From Calditrichia bacterium (GTDB taxonomy: Bacteria > Calditrichota > Calditrichia > JAJRVZ01): a DNA stretch of 64,000 bases. The notes below the pieces were generated by a model. That model saw nothing but the letters and a program-made list of their open reading frames with translations, made no database searches and was not told the origin of the DNA. The DNA lies in contig CAVZSQ010000001.1 in assembly GCA_963777955.1 (NCBI GenBank), positions 96,001-160,000 on the forward strand. The letters are read 5' to 3'. Position 1 is the stretch's first letter; the number at the start of each line of letters is the position of its first letter. Of the stretch, positions 1 through 10,378 are shown one piece after another. Both the position numbers and the translations under genes were made by a program.

Positions 1-2
1 CC

Positions 3-539
3 AACGCCTTCTTTACCGGTTTTGGCAAAAACAAGCGCATAGCCTTATTTGATACGCTGGTGCAAAAGCATACGGTGACTGAACTGGTAGCAGTTCTGGC
101 TCATGAAATCGGGCATTATAAGAAAAAACACATTCTCAAATCGATGTTGATCGGTATTCTGCATACAGGGTTGATGTTCTACTTATTGTCCATATTTTTA
201 AGTCACCAGGGATTATTTGACGCGTTTTATATGCAAAATATGTCCAGCTATGCCGGTCTGTTATTTTTTGGCATGTTGTACGCTCCGCTGGAAATGATTT
301 TAGCAATATTTTTAAATATGTTTTCCCGGCGGAATGAATTTCAGGCTGATCGTTTTGCCGTTGAAACAACCGGTCAGAGTGATGCGCTGATCAATGCTTT
401 AAAGAAGTTATCTGTGGATAATCTGAGCAATCTGACCCCTCATCCGCTGTATGCTTTTCTGAACTATTCGCATCCACCGGTACTGGAAAGAATCAGGAGG
501 TTAGCGAAATTAACCGCAAAGGGCGCAGAGAAATTCTAA
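3..539 (+). CDS. M48 family (Ste24/HtpX-like) zinc metalloprotease, 5'-truncated by window edge
   Basis: Open frame from nt 3 reads NAFFTGFGKNKRIALFDTL...VLAHEIGH (HEXXH)...SRRNEFQAD...SHPP..ERI, typical of Ste24-like M48 peptidases. Confidence 0.92.
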   Translation, partial: NAFFTGFGKNKRIALFDTLVQKHTVTELVAVLAHEIGHYKKKHILKSMLIGILHTGLMFYLLSIFLSHQGLFDAFYMQNMSSYAGLLFFGMLYAPLEMILAIFLNMFSRRNEFQADRFAVETTGQSDALINALKKLSVDNLSNLTPHPLYAFLNYSHPPVLERIRRLAKLTAKGAEKF

Positions 540-592
540 GTAAAATCTTTATCTGCGGTGCGAAGTTCATCGGTAGCAAGCCGCGGTTAATT
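508..592. repeat. Imperfect palindromic element with 10-bp terminal inverted repeats overlapping the M48 stop
   Basis: AATTAACCGC (508-517) ... GCGGTTAATT (583-592), with an inner CGCAGA/TCTGCG pair. Confidence 0.5.
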
Positions 593-757
593 ATTTGTCG
601 ATTTTGTATAATCCAAATAAGTCGTATATTCGACCGGTTGCAGTGACGGATGGTCAAGGGTAACTGTATTCATGCATCTTAATTTTAGTAAACTTCCGAT
701 TATTTCCCCTTTCTGGTCATTAATAAATCATACTTTTAAAAAGTTCAGGAGAATTCA

Positions 758-1798
758 TTGATGAAGAAAATGAAGGCGCTGGTTAAAAAATTCAACAAGG
801 TCGGCTTGTGGCTGGATGAGGTTCCCGTACCGGAAATGGGGATCAATGATGTACTGATTAAAATCAGAAAAACATCCATATGCGGAACAGATGTCCATAT
901 TTATAACTGGGACGAATGGGCCCGCAAGACAATTAAAACCCCGATGGTGATAGGACATGAGTATGTTGGCATGGTGCAGGATTTTGGCAGCAATGTGCAT
1001 GACCTGAAAAAAGGGGATTTGATCAGCGGCGAGGGGCATCTGGTCTGCGGGCATTGCCGTAATTGCCAGGCCGGCCGGCGCCATTTGTGCAAGGATACCA
1101 AGGGCGTGGGGGTTAATCGTGACGGGGCCTTTGCCGAGTACCTGGTGATTCCGGCCAGTAATATCTGGGTTTGCAAAGCCAAAATACCGGAAGAAGTGAT
1201 CTCGGTTTTTGATCCCTTTGGAAATGCCGTGCATACGGCTCTTTCGTTTGATCTGCTGGGGGAGGATATCCTGATTACCGGTGCCGGACCAATCGGCTGC
1301 ATGGCGGTGGCAATTGCCAGACATGCCGGGGCCAGGTATGTGGTAATAACGGATATAAATCAGTATCGCCTGGATCTGGCCAAAAAAATGGGCGCAACCC
1401 GGGCTGTCAATATTCACAAAGAGAAACTCAGCAAGGTAATGAAAGATCTGGACATGAAAGAGGGTTTTGATGTGGGTCTGGAAATGTCGGGCAGCGAGCA
1501 GGCTTTTAATGAAATGATTACTAATATGTGTCACGGGGGAAAAATCGCTCTGCTGGGCATCCTTAAATCCAATACCGCCATCGACTGGGATACCGTCGTC
1601 TTCAATGGTTTAACTATCAGGGGGATTTATGGCCGGCAAATTTTCGAGACCTGGTATAAAATGACCGCCATGATTCAAACCGGACTGGATATTTCGACCG
1701 TAATCACACATCGCTTTCCTTATGCTGATTTTATACAGGCCTTTGAACTGATGCGCTCGGGAAAATCCGGGAAAGTCATACTCAACTGGGCCGATTGA
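758..1798 (+). CDS. tdh: L-threonine 3-dehydrogenase
   Basis: [31 protein letters not shown] zinc motifs, GAGPIG, GIYGR..FETWYKM; adjacent to kbl; RBS AGGAG. Confidence 0.97.
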   Translation: MMKKMKALVKKFNKVGLWLDEVPVPEMGINDVLIKIRKTSICGTDVHIYNWDEWARKTIKTPMVIGHEYVGMVQDFGSNVHDLKKGDLISGEGHLVCGHCRNCQAGRRHLCKDTKGVGVNRDGAFAEYLVIPASNIWVCKAKIPEEVISVFDPFGNAVHTALSFDLLGEDILITGAGPIGCMAVAIARHAGARYVVITDINQYRLDLAKKMGATRAVNIHKEKLSKVMKDLDMKEGFDVGLEMSGSEQAFNEMITNMCHGGKIALLGILKSNTAIDWDTVVFNGLTIRGIYGRQIFETWYKMTAMIQTGLDISTVITHRFPYADFIQAFELMRSGKSGKVILNWAD

Positions 1799-1828
1799 CC
1801 GCCCGGCTGATTAAAGAGGAGTACTAAA

Positions 1829-3014
1829 ATGTTCGGATCCATGCAAACGGTAGTTCGGGAACAGATCGAAGCAATTAAAAACGAGGGTCTCTATAAAGAG
1901 GAACGCATCATTTGCAGCCCGCAGGATGCCCATATTGAGGTGAAGGGGGGTAAGCAGGTACTGAATCTGTGCGCTAATAATTATCTGGGTCTGGCTGCGC
2001 ATCCTCAGGTCATAGCTGCTGCTATGGACAGTTATAAACAGTGGGGCTACGGTCTATCCTCGGTGCGTTTTATCTGCGGTACCCAGGAAATACATAAGCA
2101 ACTGGAACAACAGATCTCGGAATTTTTAGGCACAGAAGATACTATTTTGTATAGCTCCTGTTTTGACGCCAATGGGGGATTATTTGAAACATTACTGACG
2201 GAACAGGATGCGATTATCAGTGATGAACTTAATCACGCCAGTATCATTGATGGTGTTCGTTTGTGCAAAGCCCAGCGTTTCCGCTATCTGAACAGCAACA
2301 TGGCTGAACTGGAGCAAATATTAAGGGAAACGCAGGCGAAACAGGTTCCGCATGATCGCCACGGATGGTGTATTTTCCATGGATGGTTATATTGCCAACC
2401 TGAAAGATATCTGTGAATTGGCTGAAAAATATAATGCCCAGGTTATGGTCGATGATTCACATGCGGTAGGTTTCATCGGCAAAAGCGGACGGGGATCCCA
2501 TGATTATAACGAAGTAATGGGACGGGTGGATGTGCTCACTGGTACCCTGGGCAAGGCGCTGGGGGGAGCCAGTGGCGGTTATACCAGCGGCCGGAAAGAA
2601 ATTGTGGAATTACTGCGTCAACGGTCACGTCCTTATCTTTTTTCCAATACTGTGGCCCCGGCTATTATCATGGCGTCGCTGAAAGTCCTGGAACTACTGA
2701 CCAGCACTGATCAACTGCGGAAAAAATTGATGGAGAATACAGCATACTTCCGCGCTGAAATGACGAAACTGGGATTTAATATTTTAGCGGGCATTCATCC
2801 CATCGTGCCGGTAATGCTTGGAGATGCTGTGCTGGCCAAGCAAATAGCGGCACGCCTGCTGGAGAAAGGTGTCTATGTAATCGGTTTTTCTTTTCCGGTA
2901 GTACCCAGGGGCAAAGCACGCATACGTACCCAGATCTCGGCAGCACACTCTCATCAGGATCTGCAATTTGCCATTCAGAAATTTGCAGAAGTGAAGGAAG
3001 AATTTAAAATCTGA
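1829..3014 (+). CDS. kbl: 2-amino-3-ketobutyrate CoA ligase (glycine C-acetyltransferase); one frameshift near 2340
   Basis: ORFs 1829-2416 ([29 protein letters not shown]) and 2352-3014 ([26 protein letters not shown] lysine) are consecutive halves of one gene. Confidence 0.95.
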
Positions 3015-3023
3015 ATAGGTAAC

Positions 3024-3120
3024 AGGGACAAGGACAAAGGCTCCGAAAGGTTAAAGGCTAAAGATCACTACCTCGGAGGTATGTTCTTTGTTCCTTTTTC
3101 CTTTATCCTTATGCCTTCTA
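3024..3120. repeat. Inverted arrays of degenerate heptamers around a small central hairpin, between convergent genes
   Basis: AAGGACA/AAGGTTA/AAGGCTA units, then TACCTCGGAGGTA, then CCTTTTT/CCTTTAT/CCTTATG units. Confidence 0.5.
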
Positions 3121-3143
3121 TTTCAATCCAGCTCAAAACTTCT

Positions 3144-4175
3144 TTAATCCGCTGTTTCTGCTTCTCGTCCTTTGACCATTTCCAGCGCTTTGGTATAATT
3201 TTTAACCGCTGATTTTTTATCCCCCTGTTTGGCATAGGCTTCGCCCAGGCTGTCATAGGTATTCCAGGATTGCGGGTGGCGGGTGATATTCTGTTTAAAG
3301 ACTTCAATTGCTTTATCAGTGTTACCCTGATTCAGATACTGATAACCGAGATTATTCATTTCAGCTTCAGTGGCCAGGCCAAGGGCTTTATCCTTGAGTT
3401 TGGTTGCTTCTGCGGTCTGGCCCATTTTTTTCAATATTCCGGCTTTGGTGGAAAGATTGGTATAATTTTCATTCATACTGATGGAGCGATCGATCCAGGT
3501 TAAAGCTTCCGGGAAATTAACATTTTCCTGCAAACAGTAAGCGGCAGCCTGGTTCCAGCCTTGCCAGAAAAATTGGGGTATTGACTTCAATTCGTTATGG
3601 ATGCTTTTAAGTACCACGGCATGTACGTCTAGCTTGATTGGAAAACTGATTTTGACTTTTTCCCATTGCATTACGGCGTTTACGGAACTGTCTGTGGCAT
3701 CCTCAAAATAGTACAGCAGCCTCTCTTTAAAATCTCCGGCCGTCAATGGTTTTACTTTTATACGCGCAGCATCTTCTTTCTCATCATAAGCATAACTTCC
3801 CCAGGCGGTGTACGCGGTGCTGAAAATAAGGGTCCATTCATTTTCCGTGGGAATAAGATGAAATCCATAAGTCCCGGCAGGCAACTCTTTTCCACCGATC
3901 TGGACCGGATCACTGAAATTAAAGGTGGTATTTTCATTGGCTCCGGCCCGCCAGACTTTATTATAGGGAACCAGACCTCCCCATATTGGTCTGCCTTTCA
4001 CAGCAGGCTGATGATAGGTAATGGTGATTTCGGCTAAACCAACGGTCTGGGTGACCACCGCTTTGGGACTGGCTTCCGGCAAGGTCAGTTCTGGTTGGCC
4101 AAAACTTACCTGGCTTAAAATGAAAAGGAGTAAGAGTGGGGACATTAAAGAAGAAACAGCAAAACGATGTTTCAT
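3144..4175 (-). CDS. DUF2911-domain protein with C-terminal TPR repeats (exported); last codons possibly frameshifted
   Basis: Signal peptide; SP.A...QTVG..EITITYH.PAVKGR.IWGGLVPY.KVWRAGANE; C-terminal NNLGYQYL...YDSLGEAY TPR. Confidence 0.85.
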   Translation of the reverse strand: MKHRFAVSSLMSPLLLLFILSQVSFGQPELTLPEASPKAVVTQTVGLAEITITYHQPAVKGRPIWGGLVPYNKVWRAGANENTTFNFSDPVQIGGKELPAGTYGFHLIPTENEWTLIFSTAYTAWGSYAYDEKEDAARIKVKPLTAGDFKERLLYYFEDATDSSVNAVMQWEKVKISFPIKLDVHAVVLKSIHNELKSIPQFFWQGWNQAAAYCLQENVNFPEALTWIDRSISMNENYTNLSTKAGILKKMGQTAEATKLKDKALGLATEAEMNNLGYQYLNQGNTDKAIEVFKQNITRHPQSWNTYDSLGEAYAKQGDKKSAVKNYTKALEMVKGREAETAD

Positions 4176-4436
4176 AAAGCCTCCTGGATCTAAAGTAATT
4201 ATTTAAGTAATGAATAAATATTTAAGGTGATTAATTAGGTATAACTACGAGAAGTCTGGTTAAAAGTTGCTATGAGTGGTCATTTCGGAAAAGTTATTTT
4301 TTAGTTTGTTTATAATGATCAACCTCCCGGCAGATTTCTCCGAAGAGTATATCTCTACTAATTTTGATCAATATAGATCCCGGATTCTGTCTGCGCCAGG
4401 TCTTCGACATGCCCGGGATGACTCCTCCCGGATCGT

Positions 4437-4484
4437 CTCGACTCCGCTCGACGACCGGTCTATTGTTCCCCGAGCGAAGTCGAG
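4437..4484. repeat. Dispersed palindromic repeat (CTCGACTCCGCTCG...CGAGCGAAGTCGAG)
   Basis: 14-bp arms with one mismatch; left arm recurs, interrupted, at 21072-21117. Confidence 0.7.
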
Positions 4485-4510
4485 GGGGCGCCGAATACCT
4501 CTATGCTTTT

Positions 4511-4546
4511 ACTTTGTCTCTTTGTCCCTCTGTCCCTTTGTATCTT
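4511..4546. repeat. Octamer tandem array (CTTTGTCY)
   Basis: ctttgtct ctttgtcc ctctgtcc ctttgtat; similar array at 12913-12946. Confidence 0.65.
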
Positions 4547-4548
4547 GT

Positions 4549-5922
4549 TTAAGCAATACTCCTCTTCCTCATCTCCATATCTTTTCCCATCCATTTCCTG
4601 GCCAGGAACAGGGTCAATGGACTGAGGATGGCAATACAGCCATAAACGAGCCACATGGTTTCAGTATTTAACTGTTCAACAGGAGTATCAACCGGGCAGA
4701 ATTTGGTCAGGAACCAGCCTGAATAAAGACTGGTGATGAATTTTGTGAGAAACCAGGGAAACTGGCCGATGCCCATATAGATTCCGGTCATATTTTTAGG
4801 GGCAATTTCAGCAATCCACTGTAAAAAGCGTGGCTGCCACATTGCTTCTCCTATAGTCATTATAATCAGATAGGCAAAAGCGTTGTAAATGGTTGGACCT
4901 GTAGCCAGAATAAAAGTAGGGACAGCCATGACCAGGGTTCCCAGAATCATCATCTTGTAAGTATCCTTTTTGGCGGTCAAAGCCGCGACCATGGGAGCGA
5001 GTATAAATATAAGAATGGGATTGAAATTCACAAAAAACTCAAAATTATTACTTACATATCCGGTAAAAGCGCGACTGAAATATTGGGGCAAAGTGAGCCA
5101 GTTGTGTGCGAACAGGGTTTGTACCGGGATCAGGACGAAAATAAAAAACATAAAACGGGCATCTTTGAGGGGTATATTCTTAATATAATACTTAACTTTA
5201 TCTTTTAAAGATTCCTGCTCAGCTGATTTTTGTTCAGATTCACTTTGAAAATTAACCGAAGCGGATTTGATAACCTTTTTGGTTAAAATTACCGCGACCA
5301 GGATGATCTCGATGGCAGTGAGAGCCACAAAAACCCAGTAAACTCCCAGAATGCTATAGGCATGGCGCACAGGCGGAGAAATCAGACCCGGTAAAAATCC
5401 GCCCAAATTCATCAGTCCATAGAGCATGGCATATCCCATGGCCGAAGTTTTTGCAGTAGTAAAACGTCGGATAGCCGAATAACAAGCCGGTTGGTATATA
5501 CCCAGACCGATAATTATACCCAGAATTCCCAGCATGGCAACCAGATGCGCTGATTTCCAAATCCCGGCAGGACCGATTGTGGGAGCCAGGGTTAATAGTA
5601 TCCTGCCGATTAAGAAGGAAAACAAGGCGATCAGGATTGCTTTGCGTACACCAAGCCAGTCAACTGTTGCACCAAGAAAAAGCATGGCCAGCGTTATACC
5701 CCAGGTTTGAATACCCACCATCAGTCCGGCATCGATGTCATCCAAACCAATGTAGTTGTTGAAGTAAATGGCCAGTAAACCCAGTACGCCAAAGTAGGTT
5801 AATCCCTCGATCAGATAGGTTAGATTTACACCCCACAGGGCACGGGGTGCTTTTAACAGATTAATGAATGGCTCGGTTATTTCTTTTAACGGACTCTTTT
5901 TTTCAATCGGATTGGTATCCAC
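4549..5922 (-). CDS. MFS transporter (POT/peptide-transporter-like)
   Basis: About 12 hydrophobic segments; EGLTYFG, D.LG.RK motif, MNLGGF, GEAMWQPR; GTG start with AAGGAG RBS. Confidence 0.85.
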   Translation of the reverse strand: MDTNPIEKKSPLKEITEPFINLLKAPRALWGVNLTYLIEGLTYFGVLGLLAIYFNNYIGLDDIDAGLMVGIQTWGITLAMLFLGATVDWLGVRKAILIALFSFLIGRILLTLAPTIGPAGIWKSAHLVAMLGILGIIIGLGIYQPACYSAIRRFTTAKTSAMGYAMLYGLMNLGGFLPGLISPPVRHAYSILGVYWVFVALTAIEIILVAVILTKKVIKSASVNFQSESEQKSAEQESLKDKVKYYIKNIPLKDARFMFFIFVLIPVQTLFAHNWLTLPQYFSRAFTGYVSNNFEFFVNFNPILIFILAPMVAALTAKKDTYKMMILGTLVMAVPTFILATGPTIYNAFAYLIIMTIGEAMWQPRFLQWIAEIAPKNMTGIYMGIGQFPWFLTKFITSLYSGWFLTKFCPVDTPVEQLNTETMWLVYGCIAILSPLTLFLARKWMGKDMEMRKRSIA

Positions 5923-5940
5923 AGTGGTCTCCTTGGTTTA

Positions 5941-5977
5941 TTGTCTTAACCCGGGGCAATGCCCCGGGTTAAGACAA
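5941..5977. repeat. Perfect 17-bp inverted repeat (hairpin)
   Basis: TTGTCTTAACCCGGGGC-AAT-GCCCCGGGTTAAGACAA; no U-tract on either strand. Confidence 0.85.
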
Positions 5978-5994
5978 CCTGTACAATTTCCCAG

Positions 5995-6023
5995 TTGACA
6001 TTAAATCGGCCAGACGGTAAATT
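5995..6023 (+). promoter_or_regulatory. sigma70-type promoter of tRNA-Ala
   Basis: TTGACA (5995-6000), 17-nt spacer, TAAATT (6018-6023), 11 nt upstream of the tRNA. Confidence 0.8.
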
Positions 6024-6034
6024 TACATCATTCT

Positions 6035-6098
<64 letters not shown>

Positions 6099-6107
<9 letters not shown>

Positions 6108-7545
6108 CTCAAACTTTTTTGCCACCCTTGATCCGGCATAGCCAATTTCAATTCCCAGCATGCTAAGTTCATCCGCTAAGGTCAGGACATTATTAACGAA
6201 TCCCTGTCTCTCCCGGCGCGGAGCTCCGGGTTTGATCCATTCCGCTTCGGTACCCAGACAAAGTTCGGGGATGATCCCGTATCCTCCGGGAACCTTTCCA
6301 GAACGGTGAGAGGGTGAAATTGTATAGCCCAATTTTCTGGCTGTAGCAATGGTCTGTATGGTTCTGACGATGGTACCGGCCTGATTGGGTTTGATTAGGA
6401 TGGAATTAGCACAATCCGACAGTCTTTCGGTTTCCGCGGCATCGGTTACGAATAAATCGTCCCCCTGCAACTCCACATGACCGCCGATTTGTTTCATCAG
6501 CATATGCCAGCCCAGCTGATCTTCCGAGTTCATACCATCTTCGATAGAACGAATACTATAACGATCAACCATGGTGCTCCAGAATTGAACCATGCCTTCG
6601 GCATTCAGCGGTTTTTCACCCGGATTCAGGTCATATAGAAATTTGTCCGATCCCTCTTGCTCCGGACGCGAAAACTCTGATGCTGCTGCATCCGCTGCTA
6701 TTACGACTTTTCCGGTCAAGCCGGCTTTTTCGATCGCTTTTGCCGACAGTTCATATACTTCTTCCGGTTTGGTCAGAGCCGGAGAAATACCGGCCTCAAA
6801 TCCCACATTATCAACCTTGGCAATTTCAATAATTTTTTTCAGTACCTCAATGCCCATGAAAAGCGCTTCTTCAAAGTTTTTTGCCCCGATCGGTGCAACT
6901 TTTGTTTCCTGCAGCCAGATATAGGGTAATCCGTCAGGTCGTTTGGTTCCGGAATGACGGCCGAAGTTTAAAATATTAAATTTGGGCAAGGGCGCTACCA
7001 GACCTTGCGTATTGAGTTTCTTGCCTTGAATATGTAATAATATTGCCCGCATAGCCAGGGCAGCGGGCAGTTCGTAATAGGCAGCCTGGGCATCCAGCAG
7101 GGCCACTGTTGCAGCAATAGCTACCTCCGAGCCGATACCGCTGGTAGGACGTGCATTCTCAAGTTTCCTTTGTACAGCCAACTCCCGGTCTAAATCTAAA
7201 ACAATCTGGTCAACCACAAAGGGATTCAGTAATTCCGGTCCTTTTTTATTTAATTTTTTCTCCAGGGTAGCGACATGTTCAATGGCCGACTTGTAATTAT
7301 TCAGAGCTCTGTGGTTCCCTGACTCCCCCGGAGGTAGCCATCGGTGCCACACCGGTACCCATAAATATTTTTCCGTTTATTTCTAAAGCAGCCGTTACGC
7401 CGAATGTCCTGAAAGGCATAACCTTGGTACCCGCATATTCTCTGCCCAGCAATTTGACTTTGACATTGATTTTTGCTGTTTTACCGGCAACCAAAGATTG
7501 CATTGCCTCCAGCACATCCGGATTATAAACTCTTCCAAAAGACAT
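6099..7545 (-). CDS. Divergent enolase (phosphopyruvate hydratase)-like protein; frameshift near 7310
   Basis: ORFs 7297-7545 and 6099-7352 join; motifs PMATSGGVRE, NFGRH, QE, GFEAG, DAAASEF, IEDG, GDDLFVT, LIKPNQAGT, SHRSG, IKPG correspond to enolase motifs. Confidence 0.8.
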
Positions 7546-7749
7546 ATTAAAATCCTCCTTTATTCTTCATTTCTTTTGAAAAAAATATAATAAACTGACC
7601 ATTAATATTCAAACAATGTGACTCTTTTATTCAGATCCCTGTATGACTGTATGTTCAGAGGAATATTATCCATTCATGATAATTAAATTGCGGTGATGAA
7701 ATAGAATTGATATTTTACTTAAGTAAAGAGTAAGCATCTGGAGAAAAAG

Positions 7750-8936
7750 ATGAAGATATTAAAGACTGCTATTATTGGTTCAGGATTTATGGGTTCTGCT
7801 CATGCGGAAGCGCTGCGGCGGATTGCCGGAGTGGAAATACTGGCTATTGCTTCGGATGATCTGCCCCGCGCCAGAGAACTTGCCGAATATTATGATATCC
7901 CTAATATTTTTGATAACTGGCGTGATGCTACTCATCATCCCGAGGTCCAGGTCATTCATAATTGCACGCCCAACTATCTGCATTACGAGATCAACAAGGC
8001 TGTCATCCAGGCCGGAAAACATATTGTGTCGGAAAAACCTTTAACTGTCAACAGCCGTGAATCTGCCGACCTGGTAAATCTGGCCAAAAAGAGAAATGTG
8101 GTTACGGCGATAAATTTTAATTACAGGTTTTATCCTTTAATTCAACAGATCAGACAGATTATATCCAGCGGGGAATTGGGCCCAATTTATTTAATCCATG
8201 GCAATTACCTGCAGGACTGGTTAATTTATGATACCGATTATAACTGGCGTCTGGAAACTGACCAGAGCGGAAAATCCCGGGCTATCGCCGATATTGGTTC
8301 GCACTGGTGCGACCTGGTGCAATTTGTCAGCGGCTTGACGATTGAAAAAGTGTGTGCGGATCTGATTACCATTCATAAACAGCGGAAAAAACCAAAACAT
8401 GCTATCGAAACGTTTAAGGGAAAAGAGGAATCCGCCAGCTCCGCCAGCGCTCCGCCGGCTCCGCCAGCGGAGAATTTGATTCCATTCCTATCCGCACTGA
8501 AGACGCCGGTTCAGTCCTGTTGCATCTTTCCAGCGGAGTAAGTGGTGTTTTTACGGTCTCCCAGGTGAGTGCCGGACGTAAAAATCACTTCAGCTTCGAG
8601 ATCGACGGGGCCCGAAAATCAGTTTACTGGAATCAGGAGGAACCTAACCAGTTATGGATTGGTTACCGCGAAAAGGGAAACGAAGTAATTATTAAGGATC
8701 CTTCTTTATTAGCTAAAAATGTGCGCCAGTATGCACATTATCCCGGCGGTCACCCCGAAGGATATGCGGAGGGGCCTAAAAATTTGTTTAATAATGTCTA
8801 TACTTATATCCGGCAGCAAAAGGATCCATTAAAAGATCCTGCTGATTTTCCGACCTTTGCTGACGGCTACCGGGCTAACAAGATTGTGGAAGCAATCATG
8901 AAGAGTAATACGAAGAAGGCGTGGGTTAAAGTATAA
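7750..8936 (+). CDS. Gfo/Idh/MocA family oxidoreductase; frameshift within tandem repeat at 8431-8470
   Basis: [35 protein letters not shown], then TED..., [18 protein letters not shown] in the second frame. Confidence 0.9.
8431..8470 (+). repeat. Intragenic tandem repeat of TCCGCCAGC
   Basis: TCCGCCAGC TCCGCCAGC GC TCCGCCGGC TCCGCCAGC G. Confidence 0.8.
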
Positions 8937-8952
8937 ATAGGCTCAAAGGCAC

Positions 8953-9016
8953 TGACCCTCCCCAGGCCCCTCCCTATCAGCCAAGAGGCTGATAGGGAGG
9001 GGTAGGGGGTGGGTCA
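8953..9016. repeat. Long intergenic REP-like hairpin
   Basis: Perfect 16-bp stem CCCCTCCCTATCAGCC-AAGA-GGCTGATAGGGAGGGG extended by TGACCC/GGGTCA. Confidence 0.75.
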
Positions 9017-9064
9017 CCCAGGTACACAAATTATACTTAGAATCGATATAATTAAGGGGATAAT

Positions 9065-9991
9065 ATGAAAATCGGCTTTTTAACGGCATGTCTGCCGCAA
9101 TTGAGTCTGGAGGATCTGTTAAAATGGGCGGCACAGCAGGGCTTTCAAACACTGGAACTGGCTGCCTGGCCATCGGAAACAGAGCGGGATTACCAGGCTA
9201 AACAAATTGATGTTGTCAATTTTAAAAAAGATGACGCCAGGAAAATGAAGGATCTGCTGGCTAAATATAATATGTCTGTCTCGGCCATGGCCTATTATGA
9301 AAACAATCTGCATCCGGATCTGCAGAAGAGGGATTTTTATATTAATCATTTACACAGGGTCATCGATGCTGCGGCCTTGCTTGGGGTACCCCTGGTCGGA
9401 ACTTTTGTCGGCGGGCGTGCCGATCTTTCAGCAGCAGAAAATATAAAAGAATTGGGAACGGTATTTAAAAAAATTACCTCCTATGGCAGTGTCAAGGGTG
9501 TAAAAATCATGATCGAAAATTGCCCGATGATAAACTGGCAGCAGTTTGGCCTGCCGGGCAACTATGCCTATTCACCGGAATTATGGTCAGCACTCTTCAA
9601 TGAAGTTCCGGCTGAAAATTTCGGACTTAATTTCGATCCCTCCCATCTTTACTGGCTGGGTATCGATTATATCCAGGCAGTCAAGTATTATTCCAAGAAA
9701 ATCTTTCACGCCCATGCCAAAGATACCGAGATATTGCCGGAAGGTAAGTTCCGCTATGGTATATTGGGCCGGCAGATCGATCCTCAGTCCTGGAAATCCG
9801 GCTGGTGGCGTTACCGTATCCCCGGTCTGGGTGAGATTGACTGGAATAGATTCATCGCCACCCTGCAGGAGCAAGGTTATGATAATGTACTATCCATTGA
9901 ACATGAAGATCCGGTGTGGGAGGGGACAGCAGAGAAGGTCAAACAAGGCTTGCAACTGGGCTTAAAACATTTAGCCCAATTTGTTCTATAA
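9065..9991 (+). CDS. Sugar phosphate isomerase/epimerase (xylose-isomerase-like TIM barrel)
   Basis: IENCPM, LNFDPSH, FHAHAKD, RIPGLGEIDW, LSIEHED; co-oriented with the Gfo/Idh/MocA gene. Confidence 0.9.
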   Translation: MKIGFLTACLPQLSLEDLLKWAAQQGFQTLELAAWPSETERDYQAKQIDVVNFKKDDARKMKDLLAKYNMSVSAMAYYENNLHPDLQKRDFYINHLHRVIDAAALLGVPLVGTFVGGRADLSAAENIKELGTVFKKITSYGSVKGVKIMIENCPMINWQQFGLPGNYAYSPELWSALFNEVPAENFGLNFDPSHLYWLGIDYIQAVKYYSKKIFHAHAKDTEILPEGKFRYGILGRQIDPQSWKSGWWRYRIPGLGEIDWNRFIATLQEQGYDNVLSIEHEDPVWEGTAEKVKQGLQLGLKHLAQFVL

Positions 9992-10000
9992 ATTTTTTAA

Positions 10001-10046
10001 TTTCGCCTTCGGCGACCTACTTTTTGTCTGGCCAAAAAGTAGGCAA
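10001..10046. repeat. Dispersed repeat TTTCGCCTTCGGCGACCTACTTTTTGTCTGGCCAAAAAGTAGGCAA
   Basis: Two small hairpins; a homologous, expanded copy lies at 45922-46025. Confidence 0.7.
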
Positions 10047-10318
10047 GTCGGGACTCAAACATAAATTCGCGAATAAAAAAATCATTCTGAGTAATTCTAA
10101 TATCCACAATATGGTAGAATTATATGATCAATTAAAAACAAAGTCATATTCTGATAAACATTTATTCAAGCCGATATACTTCTTGATCTCAAAGTAATTT
10201 TGACCATTCTTCTGGTAAGTTTTCACCAACAGCCTCAAAAAAGAGGTTAATCATCGTCGCAAGCGTACGCCTTGACCATATCCTTAATTCAACTAATGTT
10301 AACGCGAATAAAATTAGC

Positions 10319-10362
10319 TTGACTTTGCAATAGTTGTATAATACATTAGTTGCGTAATACAT
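10319..10362 (+). promoter_or_regulatory. Putative promoter and tandem operator of the marR-hgcAB operon
   Basis: TTGACT-17nt-TACATT; overlapped by direct repeat TAGTTGTATAATACAT (10331-10346) / TAGTTGCGTAATACAT (10347-10362) with palindromic core TGTAT-A-ATACA. Confidence 0.65.
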
Positions 10363-10378
10363 GGATAGGAATAATCAA

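Noticed and set aside
630..757. Riboswitch or attenuator upstream of tdh
   Set aside because: Only a weak stem (TGCAGTGAC/GTAACTGTA); no glycine-riboswitch or T-box consensus and no Thr-rich leader peptide seen
755..1534. Long antisense ORFs (e.g. 755-1534, 49699-50523, 58258-58722)
   Set aside because: Shadow frames of well-supported genes on the opposite strand; no motifs or RBS
2330..2360. Programmed ribosomal frameshifting in kbl and other split genes
   Set aside because: No slippery heptamer plus stimulator pattern; the window-wide indel load is a simpler explanation
4276..4671. ORFs 4276-4671 and 4364-4552
   Set aside because: Translations of the palindromic and octamer repeats; no protein features
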